DNA of 64,000 bases from Candidatus Dormiibacterota bacterium (GTDB lineage Bacteria; Chloroflexota; Dormibacteria; Aeolococcales; Bog-877), in contig JBARIA010000143.1 of the NCBI GenBank assembly GCA_049799515.1, positions 7,708 through 71,707 on the forward strand. The letters run 5' to 3'. How positions within the stretch are numbered: the stretch's first letter is position 1; every line of letters starts with the position of its first letter. A program made the translations under genes and the position numbers. The notes under the pieces were generated by a model, which was not told where the DNA came from, did no database searches, and saw only the letters and a program-made list of their open reading frames with translations. Positions 18,507 through 30,252 of the stretch are shown here, piece by piece.

Positions 18507-18698
18507 GTTCAGGTAACCAACAGAAGGGAACAACACCCATGACCACCACAGCGATCGAAGCCCACTGGCCGCGGAAGTCCTACAGCGGAAAGATCGTGCT
18601 CGACGCAAGGTGCATCAGCACTACCCGCAGGGTCAGGGGCTCAGCCGGGATCGGGAAAGGCTGACCAACGCCATCGATCGCGTCGCCGGCAACGAACA

Positions 18699-19553
18699 GT
18701 GACCAAGGAGAGAACGGATATGCAGATGACGGCCGACCAGATCCAGGGGCCCGCGATCCAAGTGCAGGGGCTGGAGAAGTCGTACAAGAAGCTGGAGGTA
18801 CTGCGTGGCGTGGACTTCGACGTGGCGCGGGGCAGCATTTTCGCCCTGCTCGGCTCGAACGGGGCGGGCAAGACCACGGTCGTGAACATCCTGTCCACGC
18901 TGCTCAAGGCCAACGCGGGGACTGCCAGCGTCAACACCTTCGATGTCGCCACGCAGGCTGCGGAGGTTCGGGAGTCCATCAGCCTCACCGGACAGTTTGC
19001 AGCCGTGGACGAAATCCTCAGCGGGCGGGAGAACCTCATCCTGGTCGCCCGGTTGCGACACCTCAAGCACCCGGGCAGGGTCGCGGATGACTTGCTCAGT
19101 CGATTCTTGCTGACCGACGCGGCCGCTCGGAGGGTGGCGACGTATTCGGGTGGCATGCGCCGACGCCTCGACATCGCGATGAGCCTCATCGGGAGTCCGC
19201 CGGTCATCTTCCTCGACGAGCCGACAACGGGTCTCGACCCACAGGCGCGAATCGAGGTATGGCAGGCTGTCAAGGAACTCGCCGAGCATGGCACGACGGT
19301 GCTGCTGTCGACGCAGTATCTGGACGAGGCCGAGCAACTCGCCGACCGGATCGCGATCCTCCACGGGGGTCGGATCATCGTGAACGGCACCCTCACCGAG
19401 CTCAAGCGGCTGCTCCCGCCTGCCAAGGTCGAATACGTCGAGAAGCAGCCGACCCTCGAGGACGTCTTCCTCGCCATCGTCGGTGCCGACGGCAAGGACG
19501 GCGGCGGTGGCAACAACCACAGCGTCGTCACAGAGGCGAAGGAACAACGATGA
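18699..19553 (+). CDS. ABC-2-type transporter ATP-binding protein (DrrA-like)
   Basis: Walker A LGSNGAGKTT, signature YSGGMRRRLDIAMSL, Walker B IFLDEPTTGLD. The start may instead be the ATG at 18720. Confidence 0.85.
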   Translation: MTKERTDMQMTADQIQGPAIQVQGLEKSYKKLEVLRGVDFDVARGSIFALLGSNGAGKTTVVNILSTLLKANAGTASVNTFDVATQAAEVRESISLTGQFAAVDEILSGRENLILVARLRHLKHPGRVADDLLSRFLLTDAAARRVATYSGGMRRRLDIAMSLIGSPPVIFLDEPTTGLDPQARIEVWQAVKELAEHGTTVLLSTQYLDEAEQLADRIAILHGGRIIVNGTLTELKRLLPPAKVEYVEKQPTLEDVFLAIVGADGKDGGGGNNHSVVTEAKEQR

Positions 19554-20311
19554 CCCAGCATTTCTTCGGCGACACCACCGTCTTGCTGGGCCGGTCCATG
19601 CGTCACATCACGCGCAGTCTGGACACCATCATCACGGTCGCGATCATGCCGATCGCCCTCATGGTGCTGTTCGTCTACGTGTTCGGCGGCGCGATCAAAT
19701 CAGGTTCGCAGCCGTATGTGAACTACCTGCTGCCCGGAATCCTGCTCATCGCGATCGCGATGGGCATCTCCTACACCGCACTCCGGCTCTTCACGGATAT
19801 GCAAAGTGGAATCTTCGAGCGATTCCAGTCCATGCCGATTGCACGCTCGAGCGCGCTGTGGGCGCACGTGCTGACCTCAGTAGTCTCCGTCCTGATCTCG
19901 CTCGTGATCGTCGTGCTCGTTGCCCTCCTCATGGGTTTCCGCTCAGGCGCGGGAGTGCTGGCATGGCTTGCCGTCGCCGGCATCCTGATCGTGCTCACCC
20001 TGGCATTGACGTGGATCGCCGTCACCGCCGGCCTGTCGGCGAAGACCGCGGACGGAGCCGGCGCCTTCTCCTACCCGATCGTCTTCCTGCCATTCATAAG
20101 CTCGGCATTCGTTCCCACTCACACCATGCCCGGCCCGGTGCGCGCCTTCGCCGACAACCAACCCGTGACATCCATCGTCGACACGATCCGCGACTTGTTC
20201 ACACAGCGGCCGGTCGGCACCGAAGTCTGGGTCGCCCTTGCCTGGTGTGTCGGCATCCTCGTCGTCGCGTACAGCGTCGCCATGGTCATTTACCACCGCA
20301 GGATCTCCTAG
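19550..20311 (+). CDS. ABC-2-type transporter permease
   Basis: 253 aa, six predicted TM helices. ATGA overlap with the upstream ATPase stop. Confidence 0.8.
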   Translation: MTQHFFGDTTVLLGRSMRHITRSLDTIITVAIMPIALMVLFVYVFGGAIKSGSQPYVNYLLPGILLIAIAMGISYTALRLFTDMQSGIFERFQSMPIARSSALWAHVLTSVVSVLISLVIVVLVALLMGFRSGAGVLAWLAVAGILIVLTLALTWIAVTAGLSAKTADGAGAFSYPIVFLPFISSAFVPTHTMPGPVRAFADNQPVTSIVDTIRDLFTQRPVGTEVWVALAWCVGILVVAYSVAMVIYHRRIS

Positions 20312-21206
20312 TACAGTGGCCCACAAATAGCTTGACGACTAGGGGGCGGGAGGACGATGGCTACATGGCCAATCGTGCTGCTCGCGCCCTCCTTCTCGAC
20401 GACGACAGCCGGACGGACCTGACCGCCTGACACGGAGTCGGACCCTGCCGCACCGCCAGGTGCAGCGCGCCCAGATAATGCTCCAGGCCGCAGAGAGCAT
20501 CGCCAACGCAACGATCGCCGAGCAGCTCCACTGTTCCATTCCCACAGTGCTGCTCTGGCGCCAGCATTTCCAGGACACCGGGGTGTCCGACTTGGAAGAG
20601 GACGCCCCGGGATGTGGCTGGCCTCGGACCCACTATGAGCGGGTGGTCGGGAAGGGCATCAGCGCCACCCTGGGTTGTCCCCCAAGGGCGAGACCCATTG
20701 GTCGAGCCGGGAAGTCGCAGAGCGGGTCGGGGTCAGTAAGTCCACAGTGCTCCGGGTCTGGGGGGATCACGATCTCCAATCCCATCGAATCCGCGGCTTC
20801 AAGTACAGTACGGATCCTGAGCTGGAGCAGAAGCCCACCGATGTCGTCGGCCTCGACCTGTACCCCCCCAAGAAGGCGATGGTGCTCTGTGTCGATGATA
20901 AGTCACAGATCCAGGCCCTCGAAGGCACTCAGCCGCTGCTGCCGATGCGCCCCGGCCAGGTGGAGCGGCGCACCCACGACTACGTCCGTCACCGAACCGC
21001 CACCCTCTTCGCCGCCCTCGACTTCGCCACCGGAGAGGTGACCGGGGGACCTATGCCCGCCACCGCCACCAGGAGTTCCTCAAGTTCCTCCAACTCGTCG
21101 CCGGGCGCTATCCGCGGGGCCAGCTCCACCTCGTGCTCGACAACTACCGGATCCACAAGCACCCCTTCGTCTTGGTGAAGACCGCTGACCAGGTTCTACG
21201 CCGCTA
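20308..21206 (+). pseudogene. IS630-family transposase, degenerate (at least three frameshifts, 3'-truncated before the DDE domain completes)
   Basis: Pieces in three frames spell an IS630 transposase: HTH (AQIMLQAAESIANATIAEQLHCSIPTVLLWRQHFQDTG...), then ...[22 protein letters not shown]..., ...[53 protein letters not shown]..., then ...[36 protein letters not shown]... It ends at TAG 21206 with no 3' inverted repeat. Confidence 0.7.
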
Positions 21207-21279
21207 GAACCAGAGGCTTATTTCTGGACCGGTGCACTAGGCCCCACTCCGCGCAGCAGCACCGGGTCTCATCCCGAGA

Positions 21280-22746
21280 TCAGTCTTCACCCTGCGCCTT
21301 GGTGAACCCGCGCTCCCCATTGAACACCGGCAGCCGCTCGATATGCACCCAGCGGTGCTCCGGGGAGACCCGCTCCAGCAGGGCAATCACGTCGGTGTCC
21401 TGCAGGTCCCCCTTCAGGTCGCGAATCAGAAAGCGACAGGGCCAGTGGTCGATGCAGTCTGTGGTTGCCCCGCCGGTCGCCGGATATACCTGAGTGCCGC
21501 GGTTGCTGATGGTTTCCAGCTGCAGCGCGGTGCCCTTGGTGGCGGCTTCCAAGCTTTGCCCGAGGGCCTCCGGCGTGAGCTCCGATTCGATGAACAGGTC
21601 GATCCCGATGTCGTGCCGTTCCTCTGGATGTACCAAGGCGTATTCGGACGAGACCTGGGGAAGTTTCAGCGGATGATGCTCTCGACCCGACCAGTTGGGG
21701 GTGCGCTCCCCGAGGTGCGAGATGATCGCTTCGGTGTATTCGGTGGTGGAGGCAGCCGGTGCGCTACCGGCGATGTCCTGGGTCTTGACTCCCGACTCCA
21801 GGGTGAGCAGGATTGCGTGCTCGACCTTCTCAGCTGCCTCCACCTCATTCAGGTAGCGCAGCATCATGACCCCGGTGAGGATCAGAGCGGTGGGGTTGAT
21901 GACGTTCTTGCCGGCGTACTTGGGGGCGGAGCCATGCACCGCCTCGAAGATCGCCACGTCGTTGCCGATGTTTGCCGACGGTGCAAACCCCAGGCCACCC
22001 ACCAAAGCCGAGCTGAGGTCGCTGATGATATCCCCGTTCATGTTGGTGGTGACGATGACGTCGAATTGCTCCGGTCGCTTGACCAACTGGTGGGCGCAGT
22101 TGTCGATGATGATGTGATACGACTCGATGTCCGGATACTCGGGAGCGATCTCCTCAAAGGTGCGCTTCAGCAGTCCTTCGCTGAATTTCATGATGTTGGA
22201 CTTGGTCGCGCAGTGGACGGTGTGGCGGCTCTCTGAGCGGGCGAATTCGAAGCCCATGCGCACAATCTTTTCGCAGCCCTTACGGGAAATTAGCTTGAGA
22301 GATTCAGCTACCCCCGGGGTCTGCATGTACTCGATTCCCGCGTATAGGTCCTCGACGTTTTCGCGCACCACCACTAGGTCGATTCCCCGTCCGCTGTAAG
22401 GAGTGATGACTCCGGGGAGCTCACGCACGGGGCGGATGTTGGCATAGGTTTCAAAGAGTTTTCGCAGCGTCACGTTGGCACTCTTCTCGCCGAAGCCCAC
22501 TGGGGTTTCCAGTGGCCCCTTGAGCACGACGCCAGTGCGTCTCGCCGATTCGACAGTTTCGTGGGGTACGCCCGAGGGCAATCCCTGACGGAAGATGCTG
22601 GCCCCGGCTGGGTGCTCCTCCCAGTCGATAGGGGCCCCGGATGCCTCGATGACCGCCTTGGTGGCGTTGACCACCTCCGGGCCGATCCCATCCCCTGGGA
22701 TAAGCGTGACTAGCTTGCGATGAGAACCGGCTTGAGCCACAGGCAT
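21280..22746 (-). CDS. icd: Isocitrate dehydrogenase (488 aa, isocitrate/isopropylmalate DH family with C-terminal extension)
   Basis: LIPGDGIGPEV N-terminus and the substrate/metal motifs of beta-decarboxylating dehydrogenases (NMNGDIISD, GSAPKYAGK). Confidence 0.8.
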   Translation of the reverse strand: MPVAQAGSHRKLVTLIPGDGIGPEVVNATKAVIEASGAPIDWEEHPAGASIFRQGLPSGVPHETVESARRTGVVLKGPLETPVGFGEKSANVTLRKLFETYANIRPVRELPGVITPYSGRGIDLVVVRENVEDLYAGIEYMQTPGVAESLKLISRKGCEKIVRMGFEFARSESRHTVHCATKSNIMKFSEGLLKRTFEEIAPEYPDIESYHIIIDNCAHQLVKRPEQFDVIVTTNMNGDIISDLSSALVGGLGFAPSANIGNDVAIFEAVHGSAPKYAGKNVINPTALILTGVMMLRYLNEVEAAEKVEHAILLTLESGVKTQDIAGSAPAASTTEYTEAIISHLGERTPNWSGREHHPLKLPQVSSEYALVHPEERHDIGIDLFIESELTPEALGQSLEAATKGTALQLETISNRGTQVYPATGGATTDCIDHWPCRFLIRDLKGDLQDTDVIALLERVSPEHRWVHIERLPVFNGERGFTKAQGED

Positions 22747-22819
22747 CTCTCCCCGCGCTTGCGCATTGGCCTAGCCCCCCGAGCGAGCATAGCGACCACG
22801 AGGGAGCGGCCACTTCGGG

Positions 22820-23518
22820 TCAGCCGTCGAGGAGCTCCCAGATCTGGCTCAGGCTGCTGATCTCCTGGCCACCCCAGGCTGGGTCCGGGTCGTATTGGAG
22901 CGGAACCTCGTCATCTGCTCGCGGCAGGCGAACCCGCACCGCCCGCATCCCGGCCTCCTCGGCTCCGCTCAGCTCATGGCTGCCCCCGTCGCCGAGGTAG
23001 AGGCAGTCCTGGGGCGCCAGGTCCAGGAGTTGAGCCGCCCGCCGAAAGAGCCTGAGGTCCGGCTTGCGCATTCTCTCCGTCCAGGAGAACAGGGTGGCCT
23101 CGATCGGCCGGGCCCACTGCAGCTCTGGCCAAACCAGGGGGGTCTCCGCGGAGCAGTCGCTGATCAGGCCCAGGCGGATCCCCTGCTTGCGCAGTTCCAC
23201 CAGCAGCTGGGGAACGCCGGCTGAGGGGGTGGACAAAATCTCCCGAAACTGCTCCACACGAAGCCGCGCGCCGCGATCCAGGGCAGCCGCCGAGGGCTTG
23301 GTCCCACTTCGGGCGCATAGCCTCTGCAGCGTTTCCCGGGGCAGGCCCAGCGACCCATTGGCGCGCTCCGTATAGGAGGAGTCCATCACCGCCACGAACT
23401 CCCCCGGGTCAACTTCCAGGACCGCCGCCAGCTCCTCCATCCGGAGCTTGGCAGTACCCTCGCCCCAGCCTCCTACCAGGGTGCCGAAGAGGTCGAAGAC
23501 GACACCCTTCGCCCGCAC
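22820..23518 (-). CDS. HAD-IA hydrolase, probable phosphoglycolate phosphatase (CbbZ/Gph-like), distal gene of the cbb operon
   Basis: VVFDLFGTLV motif I, GLISDCS motif II, a Lys, and YLGDGGSHELSGAEEAG motif IV. The position after cbbX supports a Gph role (inference). Confidence 0.65.
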   Translation of the reverse strand: MRAKGVVFDLFGTLVGGWGEGTAKLRMEELAAVLEVDPGEFVAVMDSSYTERANGSLGLPRETLQRLCARSGTKPSAAALDRGARLRVEQFREILSTPSAGVPQLLVELRKQGIRLGLISDCSAETPLVWPELQWARPIEATLFSWTERMRKPDLRLFRRAAQLLDLAPQDCLYLGDGGSHELSGAEEAGMRAVRVRLPRADDEVPLQYDPDPAWGGQEISSLSQIWELLDG

Positions 23519-23667
23519 CTCTCCATTTTACTGTTGAGGGTCCGAGTCCCCAGCTACTTGGGCCTCAGTGCGCTCCCGCTCAGAACTGACACGTCAGCGG
23601 TGCAGCCCCCCGGACCCCGGTTGGCAGCGAGAGGCACTGGGTCCGAGCGCGATTGGTTGGAGCCGGA

Positions 23668-24573
23668 TCAGGCCGTGTCCGGGGCCTGCTCGTCGTCTTC
23701 TAAAAAGACCCGGCTCTGCAGGATGTCCTCAGGCTCGATGGTGCGCAGCTCCGCCTCCGTCAGCGGCCGTCCCAGTCGCACCAACCGGTTGGCCTGACGC
23801 AGCCGGATACGGTCCAGGGCGTTGCGCACGCTGCGAGCGTTGGCGAATTGGGGGCGCGCCATCCTCTTGGCCAGGTAGGCGGCGAAGACTTCACTCGCTG
23901 ATGAGCTGAACTGGTACATCAAGCTGCTCAGCATCAGCTCGGTGATCAATCGCAGTTGCTCCAGGTCGAAGTCGGGGAAGTCCAGGTGGTGGGCTATTCG
24001 CGACTTCATCCCGGGGTTGCTGCCGAAAAAGGTATCCATCCGGTCCCGGTAGCCAGCCAGGATCACCACCAGGTCGTCCCGACTGTTCTCCATCACCTGA
24101 AGCAGAATCTCGATCGCCTCTTGGCCGTAGTCTCGCTCGTTCTCAGGCCGGTGCAGGTAATAGGCCTCGTCGATGAATAGCACCCCGCCCATGGCCCGCT
24201 TGAGCGCCTCCTTGGTCTTGGGTGCGGTGTGGCCGATGTACTGGCCCACCAGGTCGTCGCGGGTGACCGTCACCAGCTGTCCTTTGCGGCAGTATCCGAG
24301 GCGGTTGAGGATGGTGGCCATCCGGGCGGCCACCGTGGTCTTGCCGGTGCCTGGGCTGCCGGTGAAGCACATGTGCAAAGAGGGAGTTTCGGCGAGCAAT
24401 CCGCGTTCCCGCCGGAGTCGATCGATCACCAGCAGCGAGGCGATCTCGCGCACCCTGGTCTTGACCGGCTCCAGCCCCACCAACTCGGTGTTGAGCTGGT
24501 CGACCACCTCGAAGACGGCGGGGTCGACCGGGACCGCTTGGGCCGAGCTACTGTTCGGAGTGGCGGTGGTCAT
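23668..24573 (-). CDS. cbbX: CbbX, red-type RuBisCO activase (AAA+ ATPase)
   Basis: GLEPVK..., Walker [14 protein letters not shown], Walker B VLFIDEAY, and a pore/sensor region typical of CbbX. Confidence 0.9.
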   Translation of the reverse strand: MTTATPNSSSAQAVPVDPAVFEVVDQLNTELVGLEPVKTRVREIASLLVIDRLRRERGLLAETPSLHMCFTGSPGTGKTTVAARMATILNRLGYCRKGQLVTVTRDDLVGQYIGHTAPKTKEALKRAMGGVLFIDEAYYLHRPENERDYGQEAIEILLQVMENSRDDLVVILAGYRDRMDTFFGSNPGMKSRIAHHLDFPDFDLEQLRLITELMLSSLMYQFSSSASEVFAAYLAKRMARPQFANARSVRNALDRIRLRQANRLVRLGRPLTEAELRTIEPEDILQSRVFLEDDEQAPDTA

Positions 24574-24964
24574 TGGCGCTTACGGGATGGAGCGAGTACC
24601 GCAGTTGGCGATCCTGGGAGTCGAGGCGCTCCAGACGCAGCGACGGCTCGGGCTGGGGGCGCTGCACCAGAAAGCTCAGGGCAGTCGTCTGCCTGCCCTT
24701 GCTCCGGTCCAGGGCAGAGACTTTGATGTAGTCGTCGGGGAACTGCGTCCGACACTGGTTCACCTCCCGCAGCACCGGCTCCGGCTTCTGTTCGTCGAAG
24801 ATCGGCAGCCGCCAGAGTTCCCAGTAAATGTTGCGGGGATGGGGGTCGTCGGTGTGCTCGATGGAAATCGCCCAGCCGTGCTCCAGGCAATAGCTCACCT
24901 GAAGGGCAATCTGCTCGTCGGTGAGCTCAGGTAGGTAGGAGAACGTCCCCTGGGTCGAATGCAT
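24548..24964 (-). CDS. cbbS: RuBisCO small subunit, red-type (with C-terminal beta-hairpin extension)
   Basis: 138 aa: [47 protein letters not shown]. Confidence 0.9.
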   Translation of the reverse strand: MHSTQGTFSYLPELTDEQIALQVSYCLEHGWAISIEHTDDPHPRNIYWELWRLPIFDEQKPEPVLREVNQCRTQFPDDYIKVSALDRSKGRQTTALSFLVQRPQPEPSLRLERLDSQDRQLRYSLHPVSANDHRHSEQ

Positions 24965-24975
24965 GATGATTCCTC

Positions 24976-26466
<1,491 letters not shown>

Positions 26467-27462
26467 TCACAGGTGGTGGTGCTCCCCCGCCAACTCCTCG
26501 TGTTCGGGTGCAGTCATCCGCACCAAAATCGACTTACGGGCGCTGAGGATTCGGTGCGCCAGGATCAGCTGGGTAAGCGCCAGTGGGTCGCTGTGACGGC
26601 GCTCCCGCATCGCGGCGTCGTAGGTTCCGAGCATGTTCGGCCGCACCCGGTGTACCGGTCCGTGGAGACCATCCATGTGATCTTCGACATTAGCTTCCAG
26701 CAGCCGGGCCTCCGTCGATGAGATCCGGCCATCGATCTCGATCAGGTCCGAGCGCTGTCCGTCTTCGTCTTCGACGTCCAGCTCGAGCTTGACCCATTCG
26801 GATCCGTGCAACTCCTGGTCGAACGCCAGTCGAGGCAGGGTGTGGCGCTGGGTGATCCGCACGTTGAGGTGGCTCATCTCGGACGCTGGCTGGCCCCGGT
26901 AAAAGTGCACCACCAGATCGGCGTACTGGCGTTGAGGAGCGATGTGGGCGGCAGCGTCCGGTTCACGGGCTTGCATCTCGGCCAGCACCTGCTCCTCGGT
27001 GTAGCCACGTCTGGCGATATCGCGCTGCACCTTCCACTGGCGGCGCAAATCCGGCGCTGGGTCGAGCCAGACCTTGAGGTCGAAGGCGTGGCGGATACCC
27101 GGCACCAGAAAGGGGTGGAGACCCTGAGCGATGACGATTGCCCGCGGGGTGAGGGGGTCTGGACCCTTGATGGTTCCGTCGCTGTGGTCGTAGCTGGGCT
27201 TGATCACGGTTTCGCCCCGCTTGAGCGCCCAGACATGCTCCTCCATCAGGCCGAAGTTGTTGGCCCTAGGGTTGAGGGCGGTGAGGCCGACCAGCCGTCG
27301 CTCGCGGCGGTCGAGAGAGTGGTAGTCGTCAAGGCAGATGGAGCTGATCCAACGTCGTTCCACCAGCCGGTAGAAGGCTGCGGTCAGAGTGGTCTTGCCG
27401 GAGCCGCTGTCACCGCCTACCCCGACCAGCACAGGGTGCTCGGGATGGGAAAGGTCAGCCAT
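26467..27462 (-). CDS. prk: Phosphoribulokinase
   Basis: P-loop GVGGDSGSGKTT and the PRK/uridine-kinase family fold. First gene of the cbb operon. Confidence 0.9.
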   Translation of the reverse strand: MADLSHPEHPVLVGVGGDSGSGKTTLTAAFYRLVERRWISSICLDDYHSLDRRERRLVGLTALNPRANNFGLMEEHVWALKRGETVIKPSYDHSDGTIKGPDPLTPRAIVIAQGLHPFLVPGIRHAFDLKVWLDPAPDLRRQWKVQRDIARRGYTEEQVLAEMQAREPDAAAHIAPQRQYADLVVHFYRGQPASEMSHLNVRITQRHTLPRLAFDQELHGSEWVKLELDVEDEDGQRSDLIEIDGRISSTEARLLEANVEDHMDGLHGPVHRVRPNMLGTYDAAMRERRHSDPLALTQLILAHRILSARKSILVRMTAPEHEELAGEHHHL

Positions 27463-27569
27463 AGGCGGCCACCGAGGCGCGAAATATGGCGCTCATCGAG
27501 TCAGCGTATGAGATCTGGATCATGCCGTCCACTGCAAATCTTTCATGCCAAGATGTATAAAGCTGCATG
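27463..27569. promoter_or_regulatory. Divergent cbbR / cbb-operon control region
   Basis: 107 bp AT-richer intergenic region between divergently transcribed cbbR and prk. Contains ATGC-N16-GCAT dyad-like elements (atgccaagatgtataaagctgcat). This is the classical LysR autoregulatory arrangement. Confidence 0.4.
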
Positions 27570-28510
27570 TGAGTGGTCCCCTTGAGCGGAGACTGACCCT
27601 CCACCAGCTACGGGTGTTCAGGACCGTGGTCGACGAGGGTGGGGTGACCAGGGGGGCCGAGGCGCTGGCCCTGACCCAGTCGGCGGTTACCCACCAGCTC
27701 CAGACGCTGGCCCGCGGTGTCGGCCAACCGCTGCTCCAGCCGTCCCGTCGGAGGCTGGCCCTGACTCCAGCCGGCGAGCTGATCTACGAGTGCGCCGGCC
27801 GGGCCCTGGCGGTCGTCTACGAGACCGGGGAGATGCTCCAGGAGCTGGCTGGCCTGACCAGGGGAACGGTCCGGGTGGTGGGGGACTCCACCATTGGTAT
27901 CTACGTGCTCCCAGACGCACTGGCGGCGTTCCACCGACTCCATCCTGAGATCCGCCTGACCCTCGAGGTGGTCAATCGGAGCCAGGTACGGGAGTCACTG
28001 CTGGTGGGGAGCGCCGACATCGGGGTGGCGGGCAAGCTCTGGGACGACGACCTGCTGATCAATGAGCCCTTCCTGGAGAACGAGCTGGTCTGTGTGAGCT
28101 CCCCGGACCATCCGCTGGTTGCCCGGGAGCCGGTGCGGCTGGCGGACTTGCTCCAGGGGCCACTGCTGCTGCGGGAGCCCGGCTCGGGTACCAGGGAGAC
28201 TGCGGAGTCGATCCTGCGTCAGGCTGGCCTGGAACCCGCCCCGGCAATGCAATTGGCCAGCAACGGTGCCCTCAAGCGGATGGTCGCGGGAGGTCTGGGA
28301 GTGAGCATCCTCTCCACTTACGCGGTGCGGTTGGAGCTGGAGAGCGGGCATCTCCACCAGCTTCAGGTGGAGGGGTTCCCGGTCAAGCGAGTGTGGCACA
28401 TGATCTGGTCCCGCGACCGGGCCCTCAGCCCGGCTGTCCACGCGTTCCGTGAGCACCTGCGTGGCCAGGACTGGAGGGGCGCTCTGGGAGTGCCGCTGGG
28501 AGCCGAGTAG
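27570..28510 (+). CDS. cbbR: LysR-family transcriptional regulator CbbR
   Basis: LTLHQLRVFRTVVDEGGVTRGAEALALTQSAVTHQLQTL HTH plus a LysR substrate-binding domain. Divergent from prk-cbbLSX. GTG at 27570 is the likely start. Confidence 0.8.
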
Positions 28511-28700
28511 GGGGCGGAAATCGGTGGGAAGGGAGGGGAGAACCATCACGCCGTGAATGCGGTCCGCGAACTCTCTTGCCGCAACCGGCAGCCACCGCCA
28601 GGGCGTGATGATCAGCCTGGAGGGGGCCCGCTCCAAGAGGCTCATCGATATCTGCCACTTCTTGGAGAGGGCTGTCAGGTACGCCACCAGCCGCCGACGC

Positions 28701-29261
28701 TCAGCTAGGAGACGTGCTGCCGGTGTGGGCGGTGGCGCTGCTAGCCTGCGGCAGGCCAGCAATCATCTCCAGGGCGTGCGGCAGGGCTGCCCAGACCGCC
28801 TCCAGGCTCTCCCTGGTGGCCTTGAGCGCACCGGGCAGGGCTAGGACTAAAGTGCGGCCGCTGACCACTGCCACCTGGCGCGAGAGCATGGCGTGCGGGG
28901 TCTGGGTGAGACCCGCCGCACGCATCGCCTCGGCAAAGCCGGGCGCCTCGTAGTCCCCGACTGCTCTGACCGCCTCCGGAGTGCGATCGCGGGGATGGAG
29001 GCCGGTGCCACCGGTGCAGACGATCAGGGCTGGGTGCAGTTCCTTGATCGCCCGACGCAGCCAGTCCGCCACCTGGTCCGGCTCATCCGGCAGGAGAGCA
29101 CGGGAGATCAGCTCCCCGGGAAGCTCGAGCAGACGGCCGGCGAGCCAATCGCCACTGGTGTCCTGGCGTCTTCCGGCAGAGCCCTCGTCGCTGACCGTGA
29201 GCAGCGCCACCGGCCACCGACCGGCCACCTCGGGGGGCTCGCAGCGTTCATCCTGGCTCAC
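28701..29261 (-). CDS. MogA/MoaB-family molybdopterin biosynthesis protein
   Basis: LTVSD..., the central GGTG motif in LIVCTGGTGLHPRDRTPEA, and DYEAPGF. Confidence 0.75.
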   Translation of the reverse strand: MSQDERCEPPEVAGRWPVALLTVSDEGSAGRRQDTSGDWLAGRLLELPGELISRALLPDEPDQVADWLRRAIKELHPALIVCTGGTGLHPRDRTPEAVRAVGDYEAPGFAEAMRAAGLTQTPHAMLSRQVAVVSGRTLVLALPGALKATRESLEAVWAALPHALEMIAGLPQASSATAHTGSTSPS

Positions 29262-29812
29262 GTCTCGGTCCCCACCCTCTCCTCGGCCAAGAGGCGGGCT
29301 AGTCGATGATCTGGGATCCGGGCCTGGCTGAAGTCCTGAAAGCGGGACCGCAGCGCCGCGTACTGGGCGGCCAGGGCGGCATCGTCGTCTCCGGGTGGCA
29401 CCTGCCAGTCCTCCAGGTAGTGGACGGCCGAGATTCCCGCCTGGAGCGACTCTTTGAGACAGCCGAAGCAGGGTCGCATGGTCGAGTAGAGGGTCGCTCC
29501 CAGGGTGGACTGGCCAAATCGGGCGGCTGCCAGGACCGCGTTCTGCTCGGCGTGGACACAGATGCAGAGGTCGTACCCGCGGCCAGCCGGATAGGCCTCG
29601 GTGTCCCGATTGGCGCAGCGGTGGCAGCCATCCTCAGAACAGTTGGGCATTCCGATCGGGGTGCCGTTGTAGCCGGTGCTGATCACCCGATCGTCCCGCA
29701 CCACCACCGCTCCCACCCTGCGGCCCAGACAGTCGGCCCGGGTGCGCGCCGCCAGGGCCAGCAGTAGGAAGTACTCCCGCTTGGAGGGCCGATCCACGGG
29801 CTGATTGGTCAC
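29258..29812 (-). CDS. Cytidine/deoxycytidylate (dCMP) deaminase-family protein
   Basis: Zinc motifs HAEQNA and PCFGC. Four-nt overlap with the downstream MogA-like gene. Confidence 0.75.
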   Translation of the reverse strand: MTNQPVDRPSKREYFLLLALAARTRADCLGRRVGAVVVRDDRVISTGYNGTPIGMPNCSEDGCHRCANRDTEAYPAGRGYDLCICVHAEQNAVLAAARFGQSTLGATLYSTMRPCFGCLKESLQAGISAVHYLEDWQVPPGDDDAALAAQYAALRSRFQDFSQARIPDHRLARLLAEERVGTET

Positions 29813-30252
29813 CGGGAGTGATCACCGCAAGAGAAACTCACCCGGTGAGTTTGCCATCCCGGGGCGGAACCCTCACGGCTTGCAACGGCGGTCGGTGCCG
29901 ACTGGAGATCGCCGTCGCGGCCTTGGTCACCTGGCGAAGCCGGTCTGTCGGCACCACCGCTAAGAACCTCGGCCATTGGCCGGGTGACCGCAGCTCCGCG
30001 GATTCGGGACGGTCGTGGTCGGCACTCAACCGGTAGCCCCTGCCGGACCCCCGTCGGTGCATCCCCAAGGCGGTACGCTCCGCTCATGCGCCACCGCAGG
30101 TCGATCTCGCCAGCCGGGGCAGCCGGATACCCCCGATCTCTTGCCGGTTCTGCGAGTCGGGCCGATAGGGTCGGCGGCTGTGACCCGTTCCTGGAGGATC
30201 AGATTGCCCGAGTCACGGCAGCTGGGCAGCTCAGCCCGCTCCGGATCAACTG

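Noticed and set aside
17586-18608. 340-aa minus-strand ORF opposite the DUF4097 gene
   Set aside because: Antisense to the repeat-rich DUF4097 gene; no motifs.
18538-18663. 41-codon ORF (MTTTAIEAHWPRKSYSGKIVLDARCISTTRRVRGSAGIGKG) between the DUF4097 and ABC genes
   Set aside because: Too short and with no RBS; it could be a remnant of a PadR/regulator gene lost from the cassette. Mentioned in the finding but not called a feature.
18633-19606. Two long minus-strand ORFs opposite the ABC-2 ATPase
   Set aside because: The sense strand has canonical Walker A, signature and Walker B motifs; the antisense ORFs are artefacts.
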